Source: Mobula hypostoma
Taxonomy: Eukaryota
Direction: 5' to 3'
Length of the DNA stretch: 64,000 nt
NCBI RefSeq assembly: GCF_963921235.1
Contig: NC_086109.1
Span: 32,366,001-32,430,000 of the forward strand
The notes under the pieces are model-generated. The model was not told the DNA's origin and ran no database searches. It saw only the letters and a program-made list of their open reading frames with translations. Numbering within the stretch: position 1 is the first letter of the stretch; each line of letters starts with the position of its first letter. Positions 1-12,387 of this stretch are shown here, piece after piece. The translations under genes were made by a program, and so were the position numbers.

Positions 1-169
1 TGAACTGTGACAGTCTTTGTTTTTTTTCTAAATATTGACCAACTTCTGTATTATCAGCATTTTACATTTTAGTACAAGTTGATTTACTATAAATATTTAA
101 TCATGTTGTGATAAAAACATTTTTGCCTGAAAGTAAATGACTTGTGTGATTAGATGCAATCGAACTCAC

Positions 170-284
170 CGGTCTGAGTGTAATGCCTCCAGTTCAAGAT
201 GACTTCAGGTGCACGGTACCACCGTGTAACCACATACCCTGTCATTTTTGAGTCAGTGTGTCTGGCAAGACCGAAGTCAATGAT
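170..284 (-). CDS. mapk13: p38 MAP kinase exon 7 (115 bp): [38 protein letters not shown]
   Basis: DFG, TGY dual-phosphorylation motif and APE; TAG acceptor and GTGAG donor; 115 bp. The gene continues beyond the left edge of the window. Confidence 0.95.
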
Positions 285-2329
285 CTACAAATATGAAGAT
301 CCAATTTGAAACATTTATTTCTGGTTAACTCTATTACCATTTATTTTAAATAGTAAGCTAAACATTAACTTAGATTTCAGTGTATTACAATTGCTACATT
401 CTATTCCATTGGTTTTAAGTAGGCTTTGTCTCATTATTAATGAGAAAGGAGCTCATTCCACTTTCATTGTCAGTACAAGCCAAAGGATTTAACTGTATTG
501 TGCAACAAAAATTAGTCCAGTTGCAATTTAGAAAGAGAAGCCCTCAACCCACAGCGAAATATCCAAACAACCACAAGTCAATAAATGGTAAGGAATAAGC
601 AGAGATAAATTTGATGGTCATTCAAACCAACATTTCCTCCCATTAAAAGTTTCTGAAGAGAAGCAGGTAAGATCTGACATAAAGAGGATTGCTTAAGCTA
701 ATTGGATGAATCATATTTGGGTAATGTAGATTACTGATATACTTAATACCATACTGCCTTATTTTCAGAACAGAGGATTAGACATGACAAAGCAGAATTG
801 GTGATAAGATGTAGAATTTTGTATCCTGAGTCATATCCAAAATGTTAATAACTTTTTAGTATCTTAATTGACTAGTTCAGAACTCCTTGCAAAATTTTCA
901 AATAATAAAACTGCAACCAAGATATACATTTACTTAAAAATTGATATGCAGTTTAATTTAATAGATAACAAAAAAATTATTTTTATCCAGCTTTTATTTC
1001 AGCTAATACAAATTCAGTATGATCCAGCCACTTTTAATTTCATTGGTTATCATTTTTAAATAAGAGCATGTCAAAACTGGGATCTGCTATCCTGCGAAAT
1101 ATCTTGGTAGAAAGGCTGAATTTCACTGCAGTAATACGTGCAATAAATGAAATACTAATGGAAAAAAGTTTATGGAGTGGAATAAAATCAGAATTTCAAA
1201 GATCTAGTTGTAATTCACTATCTGCAAATCCTCTGAAGATAGAAATCTAAGAAGCACATTCTTCTGTGACAAGTCCCTTATATTCCCTTCTGATGACTGA
1301 TTTCATTGACTTAGAACAAATATCAGGAAAGAAATAATATGGGCAGTCAATGCTACAAATAGACTTTTAGTCTATTTTCCATTATTCTTTATACTGGAAC
1401 TAATGGTTCATTTTCCCAGTAGACTCAATGATACCAATCATAAATTTTCATGGGAATACTTGTTGCAGTTTACAAAAAAAGTTGTTAGACAACTGATATT
1501 GCCAAGCAACAGGATATTTACGCCCACACCAACTTTGCAAGAACAAGAATTTGTGATTGTGCAATACTGTATATAATCAATATACCAAGGAGTATTCCTG
1601 GGGCAGAATAAGACTATGCATACTAAGATTTCTGGCTTTCTCAGTCAGAATCTGGTGAATATAAAAGACACAAAAGAGGAGAACAGTGAATTGCAGCATA
1701 AAGGACTTTATCTGAATACAAGTGGGACTTGAATGATGGGAGAGGATGCCACATGTCCATGTTTAGTAAAGCCACAAAGGCAGGTGGTCAAAATGAAGGA
1801 GAAAGTGACAGATTGAGTAAAAGGGAAAAGTAAAATAGATGGGGTTGAATATAGACACATGCCCCTTGACTCACACCCCGACTCCATATTCAGAAATGAA
1901 TATGCCTAACATTTATGAGCTATAATAAAATTAAACTTCTACATTGCAGTTTGGCCTCACACAGGATTCTGGAAACCCAGCACCGAGGGGGAGCTGTGAA
2001 CTCCTTGTCTGAGCATCAGCTGCTTTTCACAACACGCCCTGCTGACCAAGTGGAGCAGAAGTACTCTGCTCAGCCTACCTTTGATGTCACCTCTCTCCCA
2101 GATTCTACCATTGCCCCCTCCCCCCTTCCTCCACCCACCATCTCCTTTCCAAGTCCCAGTCTTCAGTTTCCAATCCTCTCCTTATTGCCGCAACCACCTC
2201 TCCTAGTCCACAGCTGTAGAGTTCTGCTGTTAGTTTCCTCTGTGGCCAGCAGCTTGTCAATTTATCAGGTAGGAAATAAAAAGAAAAAGAATGACATATT
2301 TTACCGTTAAATCTGATACAATTTTCACC

Positions 2330-5065
2330 TCCTCAGCCTTGCTGGAGGGGCAGATGGTAGGGAAAATTGCAGTCAGTAGGATGAGATCAAGTGTACACGG
2401 GGGCATAATCAAAAAGGGTGCTGAACACAGGACTGAAGGTGTTATGAAATAAAATAAATTTTGTAGTGCAGTTAGAGATTGGTAGGTATAAGGTTTTGGC
2501 TATCACTGAGTCATGGCTGAAAGAAGATCATAGTTGGGAAATTAACATTTAAGGATACACATTGTATTGAAAGGACAGACAGATGGCAGAAGGGTGGAGT
2601 GGCTCTGCTGCTAAAAAAAAAATTGAAATCAAATCACGAGAAAGAGATGGCTTAGGATCAGAAGGTGTAGAATCCTTAAGGGTAGAGATAAGAAACTGTA
2701 ACAATAAAAAATCCCTGATGGGAGTTATATACAGGCCTCTGAACAGTAGCTGGGATGTGAGGTACAAATTACAACAACAAATAGAAAGATAGAAAGGGCA
2801 GTGTTACAATATGCAGGTAGAGTGGGAACATCATTTGGAGTGTATCCCAAGAGAGGGGATTTGTAGAATGCCTACGAGATGGCATTTTAGAATGGCTTGT
2901 GGATTCCCACTATGGAAAGGGCAATTCTGGATTGGATGTTGTGTTAAAAACCAGATTTGATTAGGGAGCTTAAGATAAAGAAACCTTTAGAATCTGATAG
3001 AACTAACTCTGCAGTTTGAGAGAGGGAGAACTTAAAATCAGATGCATCAGCATTACAATGTATTAAAGGGAATTACAGAGGCATAGGAGTGGAGCTGGTC
3101 ACAGTTGATTTGAACGAGACACTAGTAGGGACGATAGTAGAATGGGAATGACTGGAGTTTTTGAGATCTAGTCGGAAGGCGCAGGATAGATATATCCCAA
3201 AGAAGAATTTTAATGGGAGAATGAGGCACCCATGGCTGCCAAGGGAACTCAAAGAAAGCATAAAATCAAAGGAAAGTGCATATAATATTGCAAAAATTCG
3301 TGGGAAGCTAGGAGGATTGGGAAGCTTTTAAAAACCAATAGAAGGCAACTTAAAAAAGGAAAATGATGCTGGAAGGGTATTAATGGGGACAAAGAAATGG
3401 TGGACGAACTTAATTTTGCATCAGTCTTCACTGTGCAAGACACCAGCACTATGCCAGGAATTCAAGTGTGTCAGGGGCAGAAGAGAGTGTAATTGCTATT
3501 ATTAAGGAGAAGGTGTTTGGGAATTTGAAAGGTCTGAAGGTAGAAAGACCACTTGGACCAGATGGACTACATCCCAGAGTTGAAAGAGGTAGCTAAAAAA
3601 AATTTGGAGACATTAGTACTGATCTTACAAGAATCACTGGATTCTGGAATTGTTTACAGAAGGCCAGAAAATTGCAACTATCACTCCACACTTTAAGAAG
3701 TGATGGAGGCAAAAGATAGGAAATTATAGGCCATTAGCCTGTCTTGAGTGTTTGGGAAGATGTTGGAGTCTAATATGAAGAATGAGGTTTCAGGATACTT
3801 GGAGGCACATGATAAAATATGCCCTTCAGGGGAAATCTTGCCTGGCAAATCTGATGGAATTCTGTGAGGAAATAACAAGCAGGACAGTAAAAGGAGAATC
3901 AGAGGATGTTGTTTACTTGGATTTTCAGAAGGCCTTTTGACAAGGTGCCACACATGAGGCTGTGAAACAAGGTAAGAGCCAATAATATTACAGGAAAGCT
4001 ACTAGCATGGGTAGATTGGCTGACTGGGAAGAGGCAAAGAGTGAGAATAAATGGAGTCTTTTGTGGTTGGCTGCCAGTGACTAGTGGTGTTCTGCCGGGA
4101 TTGGTGTTCGGACTGCTTCTTTTCACGTTATATGATGTCAATGACTTGCATAACAGAATTGATGGCTCTATGACCAAGTTTGCAGAAGATAGGTGGAGAG
4201 GCAGGCAGTGTTGAGGAAGCAGGGAGTCTGCAGAAGGACTTGGACAGATTAGGAGAATGGGCAATGAGGTGGTAGATAGAATACAATGTAGGGAAGTGTA
4301 CGGTCATGCACTTTGTAAAAGGAATAAAAAGCATAGAATATTTTCTAATGGGAAAAAAATTCAAAAATAAGAGGCGCAAAGGGACTTGAGAGTCATCATG
4401 CAGGATTCCCTAAAGGTTAACTTACGGGTTGAGTGAGTGGCACAAAAGGCAAATGCATTTTGAGGGGACTGGAATATAAAAGTAAGCATATAATGCTGAG
4501 GCTTTATAAAGCATTTTTCAGACCACTGTTGGAGTATTGTGAGCAGTTTGGGGTCTCTTATCTAAGACAAGATGTGCTGGCATTGACGAGGGTCCAGAGG
4601 TGGTTAACAAGAATATTTCCCAGAATGAAAGGGTTAATGATAATGATTGCAAGAATGAAAGGGTTAATGTATGAGGAGCATTTAATGGCTCTGGGCCTGT
4701 ACTCACAGTTTAGAAGAATGGGGGTGGAGGATCTTACTGAATCCTATCAAATATTGAAAGACCTAGATAGAGTGGATGTTTCCTATAGTGGGGAGGCTAG
4801 GACTAGGGGGCACAACCTCAGAATAGAGGGATGTCCATTTAAAACAGAAATGAGGAGGAATTTCTTTAGCCAGTGGGTGATGAATCTACGGAAGTCATTG
4901 GGTATATTTAAAGTGGAGATTGATGGGTTCTTGATTTGTCAAAGCATGAAAGGTTATGGAAAAAAGGCAACAGAATGCGGCTGAGAGGGATAATAAATCA
5001 GCCATGATGGAATGGCAGAGCAAATTCAATGAGCCAAATGGCCTAATTCTGATCCTATGTCTTAA
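2330..5065 (+). mobile_element. CR1 LINE, decayed ORF2 (endonuclease-RT) plus 3' tail
   Basis: Fragments GVIYRP, DFQKAFDKVPH, LYKA..RP.LEYC and RTRGHNL; CR1-type tail ending CCTATGTCTT. Confidence 0.85.
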
Positions 5066-7500
5066 ATTACAACAGGAGATAGAAAAGTGTAACCATGGTC
5101 ATAGCAGATTTCAATATGCAAGTAGTTTGCAGAGTCAGGTTGGTGTTACCTCCCAAGCTGAGGAATTTGTAGAATGTCTATGAGATGGCCATTTAGAGTA
5201 GCTTGCAGTCAAGCCCACAAGGCAAAAGGCAATTTTGGATTGGATGTTGTGAACCAAATTTGATGAGGAAACTTAAGGTAATGAAACCCTGATAGGCAGT
5301 GATCATAGTATAATATAATTCACCCTGCAGTTTGAGAGTGAGAAGCTAAAATCAGATATACTGGTATTACAATTGAATAAAGGGAACTACAGAGACATGA
5401 GCAAGGAGCTGGGAATATTTGATAAGAAGGGAACAATAGCAGAAATGATGGCAGAAAAGCAGTAGCTGGAGTTTCTGGGAAAAATTTGGAATATGCAGGA
5501 CAGACACATCCAAAAGAAGCAGTGGTATTCTAAAGGAAAGATGAGGCAACTGTGGCTGACAAAAGAAGTCAAAGACAGCATAAAGGCAAAAAAGAAGGCA
5601 TATATAGCAAAAAGAACAGAGGATTGGGAAGCTTTTGAAAACCAACAAAAGACAATTTAAAAAACAATAAGGAGAGAAAAGATGAAATATGAGGGTCAGC
5701 TAGCCAATAATATAAAAGAGGATGCCATTTTTTTCAGATGTGTACATTTTAGGAGTGGACATCCAACCACTGGAAAATGACACTGAATAGGTAATGATAG
5801 GAAACAAATAAATAGCAGACAAACTGAAAAAGTATTTTGTATCTGTCTTCACTGTGGAAGACACCAACAGTATGCCAGAAATTCAAGAGAGTCAGGGGGC
5901 AGAAGTGAGTGTAGTTGCTATTACTAAGGAGAAGATGCTCAGGAAGCTGTAAGGTCTGAAGGTGGATTGTCACCTGGATTAGATGGACTTCACCCAGAGT
6001 TCAGAAATATATTGCTGAAGAGACTGTAGGGATATTAGTTGACATCCTTCAAGAATTACTAGATTCTGGAATATTTAGAGAACTGGAAAATCACAAATGT
6101 TACTCCACATTTTAAGAAGGGAGAGATGCAAAAGTCAGGAAATTATTGGCAGGTTGACTTGACTTTATAGTTGGCATGATGTTTGAATCCATTATTAAGG
6201 ATCATGAGGTTTTGGGGTACTTGGAGGCACACAATAAAGTAGGTTGAAATCAGCAATGTTTCCTTTAGGAGAGATATTGCCTGACAAATCTGTTGAAATT
6301 CCTTGAGGAAATAACAGTCAGGACAGAGAAATGAGAGTCAGTGAATGTTGTTTGCTTGGATTTTCAGAAGACCTTTAACAAGGTGCCAGACAGCAGGCAG
6401 CTAAACAAGAGTCAATGGCATTTCAGAAAACACAGTATATTAGTGTAGACAGAAGAATGGCTGACTGACAAAAAGTAAAGAATGGGACAAAGGGGACCTT
6501 TACTGGTTGGCTGCTAGTAACTAGCAGTGTTCTACTGTGGGGTCAATGCTTTGTTCACCTCTTTTCATGTTATACAGTATGTCAATGAACTGGATGACAA
6601 AATTGATGGCTTTATAGCCAATTTTGTGGATGATACAAAGATAGGTGGAGGGGCAGGCACTTTTGAGGCAGCAGGGAGTTTGCAGAAGGACTTGGTTAGA
6701 TTAGGAAAATGGACAAAGAAGTGGCAGGTGGAATACAGTGAAGGGAATAGTAAAAGGAATAAAGGTGTAGACTATATTCTGAATAGGAAGCAAATTCAGA
6801 AATTGGAAGTGGAAAGAGGCTTGGGAGTCCTAGTTGGATTGCTGAAGGTTAAATTATGGGTTGAGTCAGTAGTAAGGAAGTCAAAAGCAATGTCAGCACT
6901 CATTTCAAGAGGGCTGGAATATAAAAGTAAGGTTGTAATGCTGCCAACTCACACAAATGCTGGAGGAACTCAGCAAGCCAGGCAGCATCTATAGAAAAAA
7001 AGTACAGATGACATTTTGGGCAGTCTCAGCCTGAATCGTTAACTGTTCTTTTTTCCATAAATGCTGTCTGGCCTGCTAAGTTCCTCCAGCATTTGTGTGA
7101 ATTGCTTGGATTTCCAGCATCTGCAGATTTTCTCTTAGTTGTAATGCTGAGACTTTATAAGGCATTAGTCACACCGCGGTTGGAGTATTGCGAGCATTTT
7201 TGGGTCCCATATCCAAGAAAGAATATGCCGGCATTGCAAGGATCCAGAGGAGGTTCACAAGAATAATTCCGGATCAAAGGGTTCATGTATGAGGAGTGTT
7301 TGATAGCTCAGTGCCCGTAGTCAATGGAATTTAGAGGAATGAAGGGGAAATCTCATTGAAATTAATTAGTAAGGGCAACAAATCTCATGGGAAGAAGGCA
7401 AAAGCGTAGGGTTGAGAGGGAAAATAAATTAGCCGTGATGGAATGATGAAGCAGACTCGATGGGTTGAATGTGCTAATTCTGCCATTTTGTTTTAGGGTC
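5066..7500 (+). mobile_element. Second CR1 LINE (5'-truncated) directly after the first, interrupted by a Penelope-type insert
   Basis: Repeats the ORF2 sequence seen at ~2760 onward; ORF 6527-6994 contains NFVDDTKIGG; same tail at ~7390-7500. Confidence 0.85.
6944..7137. mobile_element. Short Penelope-type fold-back insertion with 12-bp target duplication
   Basis: GTTGTAATGCTG at 6932-6943 and 7138-7149; internal inverted repeat CACACAAATGCTGGAGGAACT...AGTTCCTCCAGCATTTGTGTG. Confidence 0.7.
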
Positions 7501-7833
7501 TTCTTCCTTTTAAATGTTGTTAATGTGCCTGCTTCAACTACTATTTTTGACAATTTACAGTATTTAAAATACTGTTTGCATTTGATATTGCAAGAGATCA
7601 TATAATGTGATGGATCAAAGAGTAAGTTTTTCCTGCCTGTTTGGAAGACAACATGAAGTTGGACTGAGTGATCTTTATAGCTTGTTTTATGTTATAATTG
7701 GTATCTAATTATCCTGTCTAATTCTTCACTATAACTGTATACTACTATTTTTACAATTAAAGGCACTTGAATTTCAATTCACACCTCAACACCACTTCCC
7801 TAGCTTCAGAATTGGAAATAAAGAATACATTAC

Positions 7834-7881
7834 CTTCAATTCACAATTTTTATTTATGGCCAAATTACCAGGTTTTAAATC
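7834..7881 (-). CDS. mapk13: p38 MAP kinase exon 6 (48 bp): DLKPGNLAINKNCELK
   Basis: TAG acceptor and GTAATG donor; catalytic loop DLKPGN (G typical of gamma/delta); 48 bp as in p38 genes. Confidence 0.92.
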
Positions 7882-10800
7882 CTAAGAACACAAAAATGAG
7901 CATTAATTTTATACGTCAAACAAAGTAACCAGTACTTGCAGTATATCATTACAATATTTGCTTTGCATTGAGTTTTACATTTAACAGTGATGTAATTTTA
8001 ATCCATTGTGAATTACTGTATATTGAAATGTTAAATGTAAAGCTTAGTACAATAAGGACCTTTTTCAGTGTGCCCATTGCAAATTATTCTATGTGAAGTT
8101 TATATTGCCCTTGGGATGCAATTAACATTAAAAGATCAATATAATAACTAGCGAGTAATTCTAGGAATGTAAGAAAATCAGAAGGGTGATTGTACTGAAG
8201 TGAACCCTCTTGAATATGAATCAGTGATGAAAACTTAATTACAAAGGAACATTCAAACCTGATGTACTATTTCAGAAGGGAATATCAAAAGCCAAAGACG
8301 ATGTCACATAAAAGCATTCCAATTACTTTGGATTATTGCATTACTACAGGTTCATATCAGCGCAGTCCAAGTAAAGGTCATTCAAAGTGCAATTCATTAA
8401 ATTAATTTTGAAAGGTATTATTGAGTTTTTCTTTTAGACTACATTTAATAAAATCATACTTTAAAAGTATTTTTCCATTTCTCATAAACAGTCGTTTCAA
8501 TGTGTAATGAGCAAAATGAGTACATTCTAATTCCCTCTTTTCAGACAAAACACTGAAACAGTAAAGTTGCAGCAATAAATTGAATGCGTATTGTAATTTG
8601 TGTGGTCCAGTTGTTTTTTACAAGCAAATAATCTTATCGGTGTAGTATAACAAACACGTCCAAACTGGACTAAATTCTAACAATCAGTAGCACAACAAAT
8701 CTCCGATTCTGCTTTTCTGCTTCAGAAGCCACATGGTTGTTGCTACTGGAAACAGTCCTCACTGTTCATATCATCAGCAACGGAATGCAGAGTTCATTTT
8801 GTTTTTCCTGTAAAGGGCAGTATCAGTGTTTCTCCTACATTCTGTCATGGTCAGCGAAATTTTAAATTGGGTATGCGTAATTTATTTAGATCGAAATTGG
8901 CAGACAAACGCTTTCTTCATTTCTGGATTTCTCTCAGAATTACTCATCGACTTTTCTCCCGGAATTTCACTACATTATTTTCCCTTTACGGCAATCAGCG
9001 CTGTAGAACCACATCCAATTGCACCCAAACTGTATTTCTTGGGTGCTGGTCGGGTGTATATTCTGGGTCACTCCAGGTCTGTACATTTTTGCAATTGTTA
9101 AACCTTTCTACAAACGTCTCCCAGAATAGTTTCTGGCTGCGTCAGACTCAGTCAGTCCATGGGCAATAACATGGTTCAGATTGTTTTTATGACAATGGGC
9201 AGTTCGGGCAGGTATGATAAAGATTATGTCCATGGGTCAAGTTTGAAACGGTGGAATGGATTTGAATTTTACACCCGGGCAAAACTACCCTGAATAGCCT
9301 TTATCTATTTATATGTAGTTATAGACCGGAGTGTATTCCCACAGAGGCTTCTGTTAAAATTAGTCATTTGTTTCCAGTCCTTTAAAGTTGTACCACTTTG
9401 CATCTTTCTCCAATTTTAAGACATTCAAGTCTAACATTACCTTACCATGTTACATATATTCCAAGTTATATAAATGTTGAACATGGTGACAGGTGAACTT
9501 GGAATTAAAACTTTGTAAGAGCCACAGTCCATGTGAAAATCAAGTCATTTCATTTATTGAGATGGAAGTAATATACTAACCATAGCAATAATCTGATTCC
9601 AGCAACCTAGTGGGCACATAGGATTATGGGTTGGATTGTGGCCATGTATCCAGTGGTTCAAGGGCAGTGCCATTGTTCAAATATTCCCTCACTCCACTCC
9701 ACATCACTAGACTCAACAAAACAGTAGAACCCAATCTCAACCTGAATTCTACATTACATTGGGAAATCTCTTGGCTATCTTAACGTTATTTATCCATTCT
9801 CTTTTGAAGTTGAGATTCTTGGCCTGGAAAAAGGCAGAGTGTCCTTTCCAAAAAAATAGTTTATGGATTTTATATGTTATTTTTGTAATATTTATGTTAA
9901 TTTACAGTCTGTTTCAATATTTTGTTTACATCCCTGAATAAAAAACCTGCCAAACTAAATCTCACTCACAGCTAGAAAGTCATATAGTTATATGGTACAG
10001 GCCTTTGAGCCCAATTCATCCATGCCAACTATGATGCCTTTCTGTGTTAGTCCCATTTTCCAGTGTTTGACCCAGATCCCTCTCGGCCTTTCTATCCATG
10101 TACCTATCTATACAAATTCTTGTCTGTTTAAATAGCCCAGAGTTATGTGAAATTCTTATATCCAGTGCCTTAGGCTAGAAAGATAACTAGAAGATACTGA
10201 AGCCAGATACAATCTTTCTCTGAAAAACATAGGTTAGGCAGTGTAAGTAACTAATATGACTGGTATAAAAATATCCTAATGATTTGTTATGTTCTGTGCT
10301 GATGCTTAAAAAAAAAACAGAAAAATGCACAAGAGACAGCTATTCAATCCTCTAGGCTTGCTCCCCTATTCAGTAGGTATTGCCTGATCTTTTACCTCAA
10401 GGGCTACCTTTTTGCACCAAACCCTTGATATCCACTGATTTCCTTAATATCTAAAAATCTATCCATTTCAGTCTTGGATATACTCAGTGACAGAGGCTTT
10501 TCATCTCTCTTGGGAAGGGAGTTCTAAAGATTTGCTACTTTCTGGGTGGAGAAATTTCATTTCACCTCCGATCTGAGTGGATGATCCTATTTTTTTGAGA
10601 CCATGATTCCTGATTCTAGTCACCCATGAGCTCTGCATCTACCATGTTAACACTCAAAGATGTTAAATATCTCAGATAAATCACCTTTTGTTCTTCTGGA
10701 GAATACAAGCAGGTCCAATCAGATTCAGATTCTTTTTTTTTTAATCACATGTACACTGAAACATACAGTGAAATGCTTCATTTTTGTTAACAACCAGCAC

Positions 10801-12357
10801 CTGTGGATGTACTGGGGGCAGCCTGCAGGTGTTGCCACACATTCAGGCACCAACATAACATGCCCACAATGTTTCCATTCATCTCCTATGACAAACCCAC
10901 ATCCCACAAATCAATCCAATGAAGCTTCACTGAATTCAAGGAGAGGGAACTGCGCTGTACACATTGTTCCAAATATTACTGCAGCAGGTTCACAATAGCA
11001 CATCTTTACTCTTACACACAAGCAAAAGAGGCAATCAAACTATCTCCCTAGTGTGGTGGCTGCATGTTAACACAATCCCTATATAAGGCTTTGAATGTCC
11101 CTCTGAACACCAGTAACTCTCAATCTCTTACTATTTAAAAAAAAATATACAGCTACTCTATCTTGCTACTTTTTACAGATAGCAGGTTTCATCTGGGAAG
11201 AACTGGTGTATTGGGAATTGGCAAGAATAACACAAGTCTTTAATACTGTAGAAGTACTTTTGAGGTACTACTGAATGACTAGTATAGGACACAATGTCTG
11301 TCACAGCAATGAGTTATGGATGCTCTCTGGAGATTTGGATTGTGTCATTTTGCAAGGATGATGAGAGAAGATTGCCAGTGAGGAGTCGTGAGCTATTTCC
11401 TAAGGTGCAGTTTATGTCAGAGAGAATTGCATACCATGACATAATAGAGTCTATGATTTTCCTCTCAATGAACTATATCATTGAAAATCTGGCAAGATTC
11501 ATTACAGGTCTACTATCTCTCTGTCTAATTTTCACATTTGAGTTGTACTGAAGTTATACCTTATGCAGTGTGGAATGGAAAGAAAATCTCTCTGGTATTT
11601 CTTGGCCTGCTTGGTGGTCAAACTGTGATACTTCAGCATATTCAGCACTAAACCCATTTCAGCTCTGTCAACAACTCTATTAAGAAATAAACTTAATCAA
11701 ATGCCTAATATCAAAAATGTTTTGTTTTCCAAGATGAAGATGAACTTTAAATTATTTTGAAAGGAACATCAACGCAGGACATCTTTGGTCATGTCTGAAT
11801 AGCATAATTTGTAAAGAACCTTCATTTACATCAGGGTCACTAGTGGTTGCAAGTCCAGAGTGAAGGAGGTACTTTTCTGTGCAGCCAACTTTAGCAAAGC
11901 CACATCGACGAACAGCAAAAGAGATAATTACTCATGCTGCTGTTGTGTATGTCTGTAATGGCACATTAATCTATTGGTTCCCTTTGACAGCACCACTCAA
12001 TGTGTCTTCCCTGGCATGGAAACATTTCCAGGTCAACATATTTTAAGATATTCTCAATTTCCTGACTTCAGAAAAATGACTTGAATTCAGGCTGAAACAA
12101 AATCGCAATTCTTTATGCAAGTCTCCACGCTCAGAAAACTACTTCCATAGTCAAGATACAATGAATGGTTCAATAAAAACTATTAATATTTTTCTATTAA
12201 TGTGGGATTTGAATGTTTGCATTAGGCAATCAATACAACACTGAAGTGGAAGTGTACTGTACAAATCAGAAGGGATTGTGGATTCTACATTTTCTGTTCC
12301 AGAAACGCTTCTCCTAACAGCATTTGAAATTATTATTGGACTGTTAAAAAGACTCAC

Positions 12358-12387
12358 CCTGTGAATTATTCCAGTTGAATGAATATA
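12358..12387 (-). CDS. mapk13: p38 MAP kinase exon 5 (30 bp): YIHSTGIIHR
   Basis: CAG acceptor and GTGAGT donor; 30-bp p38 exon ending in the HR of the HRD motif. Confidence 0.92.

Noticed and set aside
1915..2310. 131-aa Pro/Ser-rich ORF
   Set aside because: Intronic low-complexity pyrimidine tract with no domain or splice support.
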